A stretch of 64,000 bases of DNA from an uncultured Gammaproteobacteria bacterium (GTDB taxonomy: Bacteria; Patescibacteriota; Patescibacteriia; UBA2591; UBA6264): contig CAZQVF010000007.1 in the NCBI GenBank assembly GCA_964596735.1, positions 5,772-69,771 on the forward strand. The letters run 5' to 3'. How positions within the stretch are numbered: position 1 is the stretch's first letter; each line of letters starts with the position of its first letter. Both the position numbers and the translations under genes were made by a program. The notes under the pieces were generated by a model that worked only from the letters and a program-made list of their open reading frames with translations, ran no database searches and had not been told where the DNA came from. This document shows, one piece after another, positions 40,146-48,884 of the stretch.

Positions 40146-40646
40146 TTAAAATAATTTAACGTATTCTTTCATTTTAGGCAAAAAATTCTCAGGGCGCGTT
40201 TCCAGTTCTTTCAATAATTCTTCTTTTAAAAACCACTTAATTTCTTCAACTTCATCTTCTTGAATTTTAAATTCATTAATATCTTTATCAGTAATTAATG
40301 TGTACCACTGAGTAAAATGATAATATTCTCCTTTGGTTTTTCTCTTTGGTCCCGGTGTTGGTTTAATGTTTTTAAGTCCAAGTTCCTCTTCGGCTTCTTT
40401 GATTATATTCTTTTCATAACTCTCACCCTCATCAACGGTTCCGGCAGCAGCAGGGCCCCATCTTCTTGGATGATGAGATTTATTACAATGACGTCTAGCA
40501 AGTAATATCTTCCCGCTAGAGTTGGTAATCCATAAAGCAGAAACTCGATATATATCTTCTTTTTTTAGAGTGCCCCTGTCTTTATGGCCAATTATATTAT
40601 CGTCTTTATCTACAATTATTATTTTTGGTTTTATTATTTTTGACAT
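40146..40646 (-). CDS. Nudix hydrolase
   Basis: Nudix box GTVDEGESYEKNIIKEAEEELGL. Confidence 0.7.
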   Translation of the reverse strand: MSKIIKPKIIIVDKDDNIIGHKDRGTLKKEDIYRVSALWITNSSGKILLARRHCNKSHHPRRWGPAAAGTVDEGESYEKNIIKEAEEELGLKNIKPTPGPKRKTKGEYYHFTQWYTLITDKDINEFKIQEDEVEEIKWFLKEELLKELETRPENFLPKMKEYVKLF

Positions 40647-40665
40647 TATTATGTTGATAATTTAA

Positions 40666-40681
40666 TAAAGTGGACCCGAGC
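40666..40681. repeat. 16-bp direct repeat matching the 3' end and flank of tRNA-Ala(TGC) (putative attL-like remnant)
   Basis: AAAGTGGACCCGAGCG identical to 42835-42850, which spans the last 12 nt of the tRNA plus 4 nt of flank. Confidence 0.5.
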
Positions 40682-40736
40682 GAAACAGGGTGGAGCGAAA
40701 ACGCAGCGTTTCCAAGCGACCAGAGGGAGCGCATAG

Positions 40737-41438
40737 TTAATTCTGTACCCCGTTAATAAATTCAATAAGCTTATTCCTAAAAATAGCAGAAGTCCAAATA
40801 TCATTATGTCCTTTTCCTTTGATCAACACGTATTCTTTTTTTTCAGTTAGAATTTCGTCAAATAATTTCTGAGAAAATCTATGGGGGATTACAAAATCAC
40901 TATCACCATGCAATATAATTATATTTCCTTCAAAATTCTGGAGCCATTTTATATTATCATATTTTTCCCTCAATAGAATTGATGCAGGATAAATAATGTA
41001 CTTTGATTGGGCAACATCATCTAATCTTGAAAATGTCGTAACCAGAATTAAAGAATCAACATTTCCTATATAGACATGATAACTTGCCGCTCCGGAACCA
41101 ATGCTTTGACCGTAAACTATTACATTTTTGAAAGAATTCTCTTCAACAAAATTGTGAATATTCTGAACATCTTCAAGTATTAATTTTTTAGACGGTTTTT
41201 TATTGTCATTTGAATAGCCAGCATATTCCACAAAAATTAATGAATTGTTTGATTGTTCAAAAGTTGATTTAAAATAACTGCGGTCACAGGCAGATCCTGC
41301 ATTTCCATGATAATAAACAATGACCGTATCAAAAGAGCCCTGTTTATAATAAAATCTTGTTCCATTATAATTTATTTTTTTATAATCTTTAAATCCAGCG
41401 CAGTTTTCAAAATCTTGATTATCTGGATAATAAATCAT
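40737..41438 (-). CDS. Alpha/beta hydrolase (GxSxG)
   Basis: GQSIGSGAA nucleophile motif, HGDSD; 233 aa. Confidence 0.6.
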   Translation of the reverse strand: MIYYPDNQDFENCAGFKDYKKINYNGTRFYYKQGSFDTVIVYYHGNAGSACDRSYFKSTFEQSNNSLIFVEYAGYSNDNKKPSKKLILEDVQNIHNFVEENSFKNVIVYGQSIGSGAASYHVYIGNVDSLILVTTFSRLDDVAQSKYIIYPASILLREKYDNIKWLQNFEGNIIILHGDSDFVIPHRFSQKLFDEILTEKKEYVLIKGKGHNDIWTSAIFRNKLIEFINGVQN

Positions 41439-41589
41439 TGATTTTTGTTTGAGAAAAAGGAATAAACCAAACAGGAAATAGGTTATTATAAATGCTATTG
41501 AAATATTGATAATAAATTTTTTAAATGGCGCATAATTTTTAGTTAATTTTATTTTGATAGGCTTTTTCTTTAATAATTATATATAAAAA

Positions 41590-41988
41590 TTATTCTTTCT
41601 TTACTGCGATTACATCAATTTCAATATCACAACCTTCTTTGACAGTCTTACTAATTTCTACTAAAGTGCTCACTGGTTTTGAATTAGCAAAATATTTATT
41701 CCTGATTGGAGAAATTTTTGAAAAATCGCTCATTTTTGTGACATAGATAACAGCTTTAACAACATCATCTAATGATGAATTTGCCTCATTCAATATTTTT
41801 CGAATGCTTTCAAAAACAAATTCGGTTTGTTTTTCTATATCATCAGGTGCAATCGCATTTCCATTTTTATCCATAGCGATTTGTCCTGTAACGAAAATCA
41901 TTTTGGAATTACCCACATCAATTTTTAAGCCATGTGAGTATGCACCCATAATTTCAGCGGAACCTTTTGGATTAATTTGTTGTTTCAT
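41590..41988 (-). CDS. RidA/YjgF/TdcF-family reactive-intermediate deaminase
   Basis: 132 aa; PIGPYSHA-type signature as MGAYSHG and a C-terminal D-x-E-x-x-A-like motif (DIEIDVIA); typical RidA length. Confidence 0.75.
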   Translation of the reverse strand: MKQQINPKGSAEIMGAYSHGLKIDVGNSKMIFVTGQIAMDKNGNAIAPDDIEKQTEFVFESIRKILNEANSSLDDVVKAVIYVTKMSDFSKISPIRNKYFANSKPVSTLVEISKTVKEGCDIEIDVIAVKKE

Positions 41989-42245
41989 AGTAGTAAAGAA
42001 AAATACTAATTAATAAAACTTTGTCTTTTGAAAAATTTCACATAACGTTCCTGCGTATACGACGTTTGCTTGTGAGTGTGCTGGTACAATTTTTTCAAAA
42101 ACCAGCTAAGCTAACAAGCAAATGTGGGCGAAGGCCGAGCTGAGGCCTGAGCCGCATACGCTGTGTTAGGCGAGGGTGAGCCGTAGCGTAGCGGAGGCGA
42201 AAGCGTAGCGTCCCCTTGAGTTCAAGCCTGAGCCCTTCCTCGATT

Positions 42246-42735
42246 TAGTTTTTAACATTCTTTTGTTTGATTACAATAATTTGTCCAGTAATATGGTCTG
42301 CCTCTTTTGAGGCTAAAAACAAAGCCAAGCTCGCGACATCTTCAGGTTGAAGTGCATTGTCTGGTGTAGCGTCCTCTGGGAAAAATTTTTTGTACGCTTC
42401 AGTTGCCACGTCAGAAGGCGAAATTCAATCCCCGAAAATGCCTTATCTTTTGAATGCCAAATTCCAGCCACATTAACGAGAATATCAATTTCGCCTTCTG
42501 ATTCTTTAATACTCTGAGCAAGTTTTTTTATCTCATCAATCTGTCTCAGATCAATACAAAAAATTTTTCCTTCACCGCCAGCTTGCTTCACAAGTTTAAG
42601 TGTATTTTCTAACTCATCTTTTGAGCGAGCTAAAAGTATAGTTTTCGCACCTTCCGAAGCGAGCTTGACGGCGATAGCACGACCAATACCAGTACTTGCA
42701 CCTGTTATGACGGCAATTTTGTTTTTTAGCTTCAT
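42246..42735 (-). pseudogene. Short-chain dehydrogenase/reductase pseudogene (frameshift plus internal deletion)
   Basis: N-terminal TGASTGIGRAIA ... NVAGIW in one frame; SDR C-terminus ...PEDVASLALFLASKEADHITGQIIV... in another frame; catalytic YxxxK segment absent; GC above local background. Confidence 0.6.
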
Positions 42736-42838
42736 AAAATTATTGTAATCATTTAAAGTTTATAAAACAATCGATAGCTTGATAGGCTCAGGCTTGAATT
42801 TCGTATAACTCGTTATTATACAAACCATTTTAAGAAAG

Positions 42839-42912
42839 TGGACCCGAGCGGATTTGAACCGCTGACCTCCTCATTGCAAATGAGGCGTTCTGACCAACTG
42901 AACTACGGGCCC
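42839..42912 (-). tRNA. tRNA-Ala (anticodon TGC)
   Basis: Reverse complement GGGCCCGTAGTTCAGTTGGTCAGAACGCCTCATTTGCAATGAGGAGGTCAGCGGTTCAAATCCGCTCGGGTCCA; G3:U70; loop TTTGCAA. Confidence 0.85.
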
Positions 42913-42922
42913 TTTTTAATAA

Positions 42923-43168
42923 TTATCGACCACCAAACAGTTTGAAGATTCCATTTAGAATATCATTCCAAATGCCAGTCATAACAAAAAGACCAAGGAA
43001 AATAATAATAATTCCTAATATTTTATAGAAAAATCTTGTGCCCCCCTCAGAGGGAAACTTATCTTCTGCCCAATTAATCCGACCAAAATTTCTTAAAAAC
43101 CAAGCAGATTTTATAGTCATTAAGGCTCCAGCAACAACAATTAAAAGGCCGATAATAATTTTAAACAT
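42923..43168 (-). CDS. Small membrane protein (2 TM), hypothetical
   Basis: 81 aa with two hydrophobic helices. Confidence 0.35.
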   Translation of the reverse strand: MFKIIIGLLIVVAGALMTIKSAWFLRNFGRINWAEDKFPSEGGTRFFYKILGIIIIFLGLFVMTGIWNDILNGIFKLFGGR

Positions 43169-43182
43169 AATTTAGTTATTAA

Positions 43183-43258
43183 AATAAAGAATGGTGCGCG
43201 CAGAGGGATTCGGACCCCCGACCCCAGGCTTATAAGGCCTGTGCTCTGACCGCTGAGC
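43183..43258 (-). tRNA. tRNA with anticodon TAT (putative tRNA-Ile2, UAU)
   Basis: Reverse complement GCGCGCATAGCTCAGCGGTCAGAGCACAGGCCTTATAAGCCTGGGGTCGGGGGTCCGAATCCCTCTGCGCGCACCA; anticodon stem CAGGC/GCCTG, loop CTTATAA; encoded CCA. Confidence 0.7.
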
Positions 43259-43304
43259 TATGCGCGCCTAAGTAGATTATAACATTATAGCACGATTTTA
43301 GTTT

Positions 43305-44372
43305 ATGACAAGAATTGATTTTTTGACAAACTATTTAAAGATGTTAAAATTGTCTGATATGGCTTTGAAAAACAATAATAATATTATTTCACAAAAAGAG
43401 CTGCCCGAAGACAAGAAAATGGATTTGAATTTACGACCAAAGATTTTAGAAGAATTTATTGGTCAAGAGAAATTAAAAGCTAACTTAAGAATTTTTATTC
43501 AGGCAGCCCATCAGCGAAAAGAACCCTTAGATCATGTTCTTTTTCATGGTTCACATGGGCTCGGGAAAACAACTCTTTCCTATATTATGGCGAATGAAAC
43601 AGAGGCAGAAATTCAAGTTACTTCTGGTCCGGCATTAGAAAAAATGGGGGATTTGGCCGCTATTCTCACCTCATTAAAGGACGGAGGCATCTTGTTTATC
43701 GACGAGATCCATCGTCTTAATCGGTCGATTGAAGAAGTCTTATACCCGGCCATGGAAGAATACGCCCTAGACTTAATTGTTGGCCAGGGCCCGAGTGCTA
43801 AAATTTTGCGATTAGATCTCCCTCAGTTTACTTTAATTGGGGCAACAACTAGGCCGAGTTTGGTTTCTCCGCCTTTGCGCGATCGTTTTGGGGTTGTTTA
43901 TCAATTAAATTTTTATCAGACCTCGGAAATTAAGGAGATTGTTTTGCGCTCAGCTAATATTTTAAAAATAAAGATTGGAGAAAAAGCAGCCCAAGAGATT
44001 GCCCAATGTTCTCGTTTTACCCCAAGAGTAGCTAATCGACTTTTAAAAAGAGTAAGAGATTTTGCCCAGGTTCATGGTCAGGAAAAAATTGATCAAAAGA
44101 CTTCTCAGCAGGCTTTGGAAATGTTAGAAATAGATAATTTAGGATTAAATCACACAGATAGACGCATTTTATCTTGTTTAATCGAAAAATTTTCAGGTGG
44201 ACCAGTAGGGATAAAAACATTAGCCGTAGCTACTGGTGAGGATTTAAATACCATTGAAGAGATTTATGAGCCTTATTTAATTCAATCAGGCTTTTTAGAT
44301 CGAACCCTAAGGGGAAGGACAGCTACTCCGTTGGCCTATAAACACCTGGGGTTTAAAAATACATTGTTATGA
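43305..44372 (+). CDS. ruvB: Holliday junction DNA helicase RuvB
   Basis: Walker [11 protein letters not shown], Walker B FIDEIHRL and a C-terminal winged-helix; the true start may be a downstream Met, since the family starts near [12 protein letters not shown]. Confidence 0.9.
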   Translation: MTRIDFLTNYLKMLKLSDMALKNNNNIISQKELPEDKKMDLNLRPKILEEFIGQEKLKANLRIFIQAAHQRKEPLDHVLFHGSHGLGKTTLSYIMANETEAEIQVTSGPALEKMGDLAAILTSLKDGGILFIDEIHRLNRSIEEVLYPAMEEYALDLIVGQGPSAKILRLDLPQFTLIGATTRPSLVSPPLRDRFGVVYQLNFYQTSEIKEIVLRSANILKIKIGEKAAQEIAQCSRFTPRVANRLLKRVRDFAQVHGQEKIDQKTSQQALEMLEIDNLGLNHTDRRILSCLIEKFSGGPVGIKTLAVATGEDLNTIEEIYEPYLIQSGFLDRTLRGRTATPLAYKHLGFKNTLL

Positions 44373-45583
44373 AAATGATTTCTCAAAAAAAAGCAATTAT
44401 CTTATTAATCATTATTTCTATAGTTTTTCTTATTTTTGGCATTATTTTAGGAGAAAATTTAATTCAACAAAAATTTCCCCCTGTTGTTTCAGAAGAAATT
44501 AGTCCTGATTTTGATAATGAATTGTTTTGGGAGGTTTGGTTAGCGGCCAAAGAGAATTATGTAAAACAGCCGGTGGATGATAAAAATCTGTTTTATGGTT
44601 CTTTAAAAGGATTGGTCATGGGATTGGATGATCCTTATTCTATTTTTCTAGAACCAGAATTAGCGGAAAAATTTCTTGAAAATATGTCTGGTAGCTTTGA
44701 GGGAGTGGGTATGGAAATTGGAATTAAAGAAGGACGACTAACCATTATTGCCCCTTTGCCTGATACTCCAGCTTTTCGATCAGGCCTGAGACCAGGTGAT
44801 AAGATTTTTGCTATTGATGGAAAAGACACCAGCGGGATGGGTCTTGATGAGGCCGTCCACTTAATCAGGGGACCAAAGGGAACAACAGTTACTTTAACTA
44901 TTTGGCATGAAGGAGAGACAAAAACTAAAAACGTTGATGTGGTTCGTGACGTTATTGATATTAAAACAGTTTCCTGGGAATTAAAGGGAAATAAAATTGC
45001 TTATTTAAAAGTTTCTCATTTTTCTGAAGATACTTGGAAAGATTTTAAGAATATTGCCAGGGTTGTTGTTAGAGCTAATCCTAATGGGTTAATTCTTGAT
45101 CTACGTAATAATCCGGGCGGTTATTTAGATACGGCAGTTAACATGGCTGGATATTGGATAGACAGAGAAATAGCGGTTTTCTCTAGAGACGCTGAAGGCA
45201 AAGAAAAAGAATATAGAGCTCCAGGATGGGCAGATTTAAAACACATTCCCACAATTGTTTTAGTTAATCAGGGATCTGCTTCTGCTTCAGAGATTTTAGC
45301 TGGAGCTCTTCAAGACTATAATCAAGCAACAATTTTAGGAGAAAAGACTTTTGGCAAGGGCTCGGTTCAGGAGTTAGAAACACTAAGCGACAACTCTGCT
45401 TTAAAACTTACAGTCGCTTATTGGCATACTCCTCTAGGCCGTTCAATTAATGAAGAAGGAATTATTCCAGATATTGAAGTCGAACACACAGAAGAGGACT
45501 ATTTACATGATCGTGATCCGCAATTAGATAGAGCTTTGTTAATCTTGGGAGGGGAACCTCCAGAACAATTAGAAGAAGAATAA
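44369..45583 (+). CDS. ctpA: C-terminal processing peptidase (S41, CtpA-like) with PDZ domain
   Basis: N-terminal TM, PDZ, catalytic Ser in [11 protein letters not shown]. Confidence 0.85.
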   Translation: MKMISQKKAIILLIIISIVFLIFGIILGENLIQQKFPPVVSEEISPDFDNELFWEVWLAAKENYVKQPVDDKNLFYGSLKGLVMGLDDPYSIFLEPELAEKFLENMSGSFEGVGMEIGIKEGRLTIIAPLPDTPAFRSGLRPGDKIFAIDGKDTSGMGLDEAVHLIRGPKGTTVTLTIWHEGETKTKNVDVVRDVIDIKTVSWELKGNKIAYLKVSHFSEDTWKDFKNIARVVVRANPNGLILDLRNNPGGYLDTAVNMAGYWIDREIAVFSRDAEGKEKEYRAPGWADLKHIPTIVLVNQGSASASEILAGALQDYNQATILGEKTFGKGSVQELETLSDNSALKLTVAYWHTPLGRSINEEGIIPDIEVEHTEEDYLHDRDPQLDRALLILGGEPPEQLEEE

Positions 45584-45604
45584 ATTTTAAAATTTGAAAC
45601 AAAA

Positions 45605-45632
45605 GAGAGTCATTGACCGACTCTTTTTTAAA
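45605..45632. terminator. Bidirectional terminator between ctpA and rpmA
   Basis: AGAGTC-attgacc-GACTCT followed by TTTTTT. Confidence 0.55.
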
Positions 45633-45648
45633 TACTATCTAAATTTAT

Positions 45649-45921
45649 TTATTTAACACTGACAAATTTTCTTTTAACTAATTTTCCATCAAATTTTTTT
45701 TGTTTTTTCTGATTAAAAAAAACATTACCTTTAGTGATGGCATAAAGAGTGTGGTCTTTACCGCAACGGACACCTGTTCCTGGGTGAAATTTTGTTCCTT
45801 TTTGTCTAACAATAATAACTCCCGGCCAAACTTTTTGTCCGCCCGCGGCTTTAACGCCTAATCTTTTAGATTGTGAGTCGCGACCCAAAGATGTTGAGCC
45901 GCCTGCCTTTTTGTGAGCCAT
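45649..45921 (-). CDS. rpmA: 50S ribosomal protein L27
   Basis: [31 protein letters not shown] ... [26 protein letters not shown]; the ORF opens at 45939, but the conserved start MAHKK is at 45921. Confidence 0.9.
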   Translation of the reverse strand: MAHKKAGGSTSLGRDSQSKRLGVKAAGGQKVWPGVIIVRQKGTKFHPGTGVRCGKDHTLYAITKGNVFFNQKKQKKFDGKLVKRKFVSVK

Positions 45922-46001
45922 GTGTTTTATTTTAAACAATATTTAAAACTTGTCAATCTTAATAATTTTCTATATGGTTAATATAGCTTTAAATTATTTT
46001 T

Positions 46002-46373
46002 ATGACCTTTGAACAAACATTACAACAGGTTCAAAAAAAGAAATTTTGGAGAGACAGGAAAATGTTAAGCTTGATTTTATTGGCTTTAATTTTAAATCTA
46101 TTTGTTTGGGCTTACCTTTTTTTCATCTTCTGGGGAAGGGCAGAACCAGTCCTTTTACATACAGATATTCTATTCAATGCTAATTTAATTGGTTCTTGGG
46201 TAAGATTATTAATTTACCCTATTTTAAGTTTAGGAATTTTATTAATTAATTTAATTCTTATTTTTCATTTTTATCTTCTGCGTCAAGAAAAAATAGTAAA
46301 TCTGCTGGCAAGCGCGCTTTTGCTTGTCCAGGTTATTTGTCTTTTTTCTGTTTTACTAATAGTCAATTTGTAG
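46002..46373 (+). CDS. Hypothetical membrane protein (3-4 TM)
   Basis: 123 aa hydrophobic ORF upstream of ftsW/rodA. Confidence 0.3.
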   Translation: MTFEQTLQQVQKKKFWRDRKMLSLILLALILNLFVWAYLFFIFWGRAEPVLLHTDILFNANLIGSWVRLLIYPILSLGILLINLILIFHFYLLRQEKIVNLLASALLLVQVICLFSVLLIVNL

Positions 46374-46375
46374 TT

Positions 46376-47491
46376 ATGTTAAAGAAAAAAGAATTTCACC
46401 AGCCTGATTATATTTTAATTATCAGTTTTTTTATTTTAATTTTTATCGGCTTACTTTTTCTTTCATCGGCAAGTTATTTTGTTGCCTGTGAAAAATTTGA
46501 TGACTGTTTTTTTCATTTAAAACATCAATTGCTCCGCGGCCTTTTACCAGGGCTAATTTTATTTTTAGCTTTTTCTTTTTTTAATTATCAATTTTTTAAA
46601 AAATGGTCTTTAATCTTATTCTTATTAACCCTCTTTCTTTTGGGTATGGTTTTTCTTCCCGGGATTGGTTTGGCCAAAGATCAGGCCCATCGTTGGGTTG
46701 ATCTAGGGATTGTTTTTCAGCCGTCAGAGCTTGCCAAACTGGCCTTTGTTATTTATTTGTCAGCCTGGTTAAGTAAAAACAAGGATAAAATTAAAAGTTT
46801 TAAAGAGGTCTTTTTGCCATTTGTCGTTTTTTTAATAATTGTTTCTGTTTTAATTATTCTTCAACCAGATTTTGGCACTCTAATGGTTTTTCTTTCTCTG
46901 GCCATGGTGATTTATTTCATGGCTGGAGGAAGGATATTATATATAAGTGGATTAATAGTGGTGGCCGTTCCCGCTGTTTTATATATGCTTCAAAAAACTT
47001 CTTATTCATGGGATCGCATTACTGCTTTTCTTCATCCAGAATTAGATCCGTCAGGAATTGGCTATCACATTACTCAGGCTATTTTGGCTATTAGTTCAGG
47101 AGGAATTTTAGGACGAGGGCTGGGCTATTCTTCACAAAAGGTTTCTTATCTTCCAGAGGTAATCAGCGATTCAATTTTTGCTGTTATGGCTGAAGAGCTT
47201 GGTTTTGTGGCAATATTAATAGTAATCGTCTTATATTTTTACATGACTTATCGCATTTTTCGCTTGGCCGCTCTTAGTGATCAGTTTTTTGGAAAATTAT
47301 TAGCCGTTGGTATTGGTTTTTGGTTTATTTTTCAGACAATTATTAACATGGGAGCAATGTTGGGAATATTTCCACTAACTGGCATTCCCTTGCCCTTGAT
47401 TGGTTATGGGGGCTCTAGCTTTGTTGTCTTTTGTGTTGCCTTTGGTATTTTAGTAAATATTTCCCGTCAGATTAATCTAAAAAAGGGATAA
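46376..47491 (+). CDS. SEDS-family peptidoglycan glycosyltransferase (FtsW/RodA)
   Basis: About 10 TM; conserved LQPDFGT and ...IPLPLIGYGGSS... motifs. The ORF opens at 46337; the in-frame ATG at 46376 is the more likely start. Confidence 0.8.
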   Translation: MLKKKEFHQPDYILIISFFILIFIGLLFLSSASYFVACEKFDDCFFHLKHQLLRGLLPGLILFLAFSFFNYQFFKKWSLILFLLTLFLLGMVFLPGIGLAKDQAHRWVDLGIVFQPSELAKLAFVIYLSAWLSKNKDKIKSFKEVFLPFVVFLIIVSVLIILQPDFGTLMVFLSLAMVIYFMAGGRILYISGLIVVAVPAVLYMLQKTSYSWDRITAFLHPELDPSGIGYHITQAILAISSGGILGRGLGYSSQKVSYLPEVISDSIFAVMAEELGFVAILIVIVLYFYMTYRIFRLAALSDQFFGKLLAVGIGFWFIFQTIINMGAMLGIFPLTGIPLPLIGYGGSSFVVFCVAFGILVNISRQINLKKG

Positions 47492-47510
47492 ATTACAGAA
47501 ATTTATCCTC

Positions 47511-47539
47511 TTGACAAATTTTGAAAATCTGCTAAAATG
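47511..47539 (+). promoter_or_regulatory. Sigma70-like promoter (TTGACA-17-TAAAAT) preceding a roughly 180-nt GC-rich leader
   Basis: Near-consensus -35/-10 upstream of the 47723 lipoprotein gene. Confidence 0.45.
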
Positions 47540-47722
47540 TTAAACAGAAAATATAGCAGGTTGTTTTTTTTCCTTCACTTTCCTGTTTATCAGTGGCAAA
47601 ACCGGTCATCCCTCCTATCCGGGAAGTAGCCATGAGTCAAGGTTGATCTTGCTTGTCAAGCGTAGGCCTTGGGCTGGTAGGCAGGAACGTGGAGGGAAAT
47701 TTCAAAAACAATCTCAATAAAC

Positions 47723-48208
47723 ATGGAGGAACAGGTCATGAGAAAGATAATGTTGTTTGGACTAGCCGTTGTTTTAATTTCCTCCTGTGCCAAATGGGAG
47801 GTTTTAGAACCCACGGACGGAGAGCTCACCATAAAGTTGTTAAATGTTGAAGTAACATTTGACTATGACAACAGCGAGTTAATTGTTTTTAACAAGAATT
47901 TTGGCGGAGCTCATGTAGTAGTGGATCGCAGAGTTGACGATTGCTGGTCTGATTATACAGAGATTTTCAATCGTCATATTTCTGGAAACACAGAAGTTAT
48001 AGAAAGGACCTACTTTGAAACTGACGATAAAATCAGACTATATGTAACGGTTGATAATCGGGATGAAGATGATCCGGAAAGATGGAGTTATTTTCAGCTA
48101 GGCAAACAAGCTGTTGCCGCGGAGATTTTTCCAAATCAAATCCCTAAAGATTTTGAACTTAGGTCAGGTCCTGACGGCTCGTTGATTCTGGAGTTTACCC
48201 TAGAGTAA
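47723..48208 (+). CDS. Putative lipoprotein, unknown function
   Basis: Signal peptide with lipobox-like LISSCAK; acidic; GC markedly above neighbours. Confidence 0.45.
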   Translation: MEEQVMRKIMLFGLAVVLISSCAKWEVLEPTDGELTIKLLNVEVTFDYDNSELIVFNKNFGGAHVVVDRRVDDCWSDYTEIFNRHISGNTEVIERTYFETDDKIRLYVTVDNRDEDDPERWSYFQLGKQAVAAEIFPNQIPKDFELRSGPDGSLILEFTLE

Positions 48209-48228
48209 GTTCCGTTTGATAATGCAAT

Positions 48229-48258
48229 AAAAAGCCCTGCAACCGCGGGGCTTTTTAA
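48229..48258 (+). terminator. Rho-independent terminator
   Basis: AAAAGCCC-tgcaaccgc-GGGGCTTTTT. Confidence 0.6.
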
Positions 48259-48317
48259 ATTATACTACTGCATTCAGTTTCTCCTCAAAAAATTTATTGT
48301 ATAGATATTAAAATATC

Positions 48318-48884
48318 TTAATTATATTCAGCCATTGCCTGGGCCGCTCCTTTTTCTAAAGCAAAAGAAATTGCTTGAACAGATAGATTAATCGCTTTTT
48401 TAACTAATTTTTTTTCTGGTAAGGAAAATCTTTTTAAAACAAATTTTTCTGTTGGTATTTTTGGAATAAAATCATTTGTTTTTGCTCTAATCCCAAGGCG
48501 GAGCCTAACAAATTCTTTTGTTCCTAGTTCTTGAATAATTGATTGAACTCCTTTATGTCCGGCCGAAGAAGAGTTCTTACTAATCCGAATAGCGCCAACA
48601 GGAAGATCAATATCATCATGAACAACAATGATTTTTTCTACTGGAATATTATGTTTTTTTTGAGCATATCTTACAGATTTTCCTGAATCATTCATAAAAG
48701 TCATGGGTTTAATTAGTTCTACATCTTTGTTGCTAATTTGTTTTCTAATATATTCGCATTCGGCTTTTTTGCTTTTTTTCCATTTTTCTTTTTTTGCTAA
48801 AATATTAACAACCTCAAACCCAATGTTGTGGCGAGTATGATTATATTTTTTCCCTGGATTTCCCAAGCCAACAATTAAAATCAT
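48318..48884 (-). CDS. pth: Peptidyl-tRNA hydrolase
   Basis: LIVGLGNPGKKYNHTRHNIGF and conserved HDD/H motifs. Confidence 0.9.
   Translation of the reverse strand: MILIVGLGNPGKKYNHTRHNIGFEVVNILAKKEKWKKSKKAECEYIRKQISNKDVELIKPMTFMNDSGKSVRYAQKKHNIPVEKIIVVHDDIDLPVGAIRISKNSSSAGHKGVQSIIQELGTKEFVRLRLGIRAKTNDFIPKIPTEKFVLKRFSLPEKKLVKKAINLSVQAISFALEKGAAQAMAEYN

Noticed and set aside
40666-42850. Treating the 16-bp direct repeat as definitive att sites of an intact genomic island
   Set aside because: No integrase or recombinase lies between the repeats, and an exact 16-mer match has a non-negligible chance probability (order 0.1-0.5 in 64 kb). It is kept only as a hypothesis of a decayed element.
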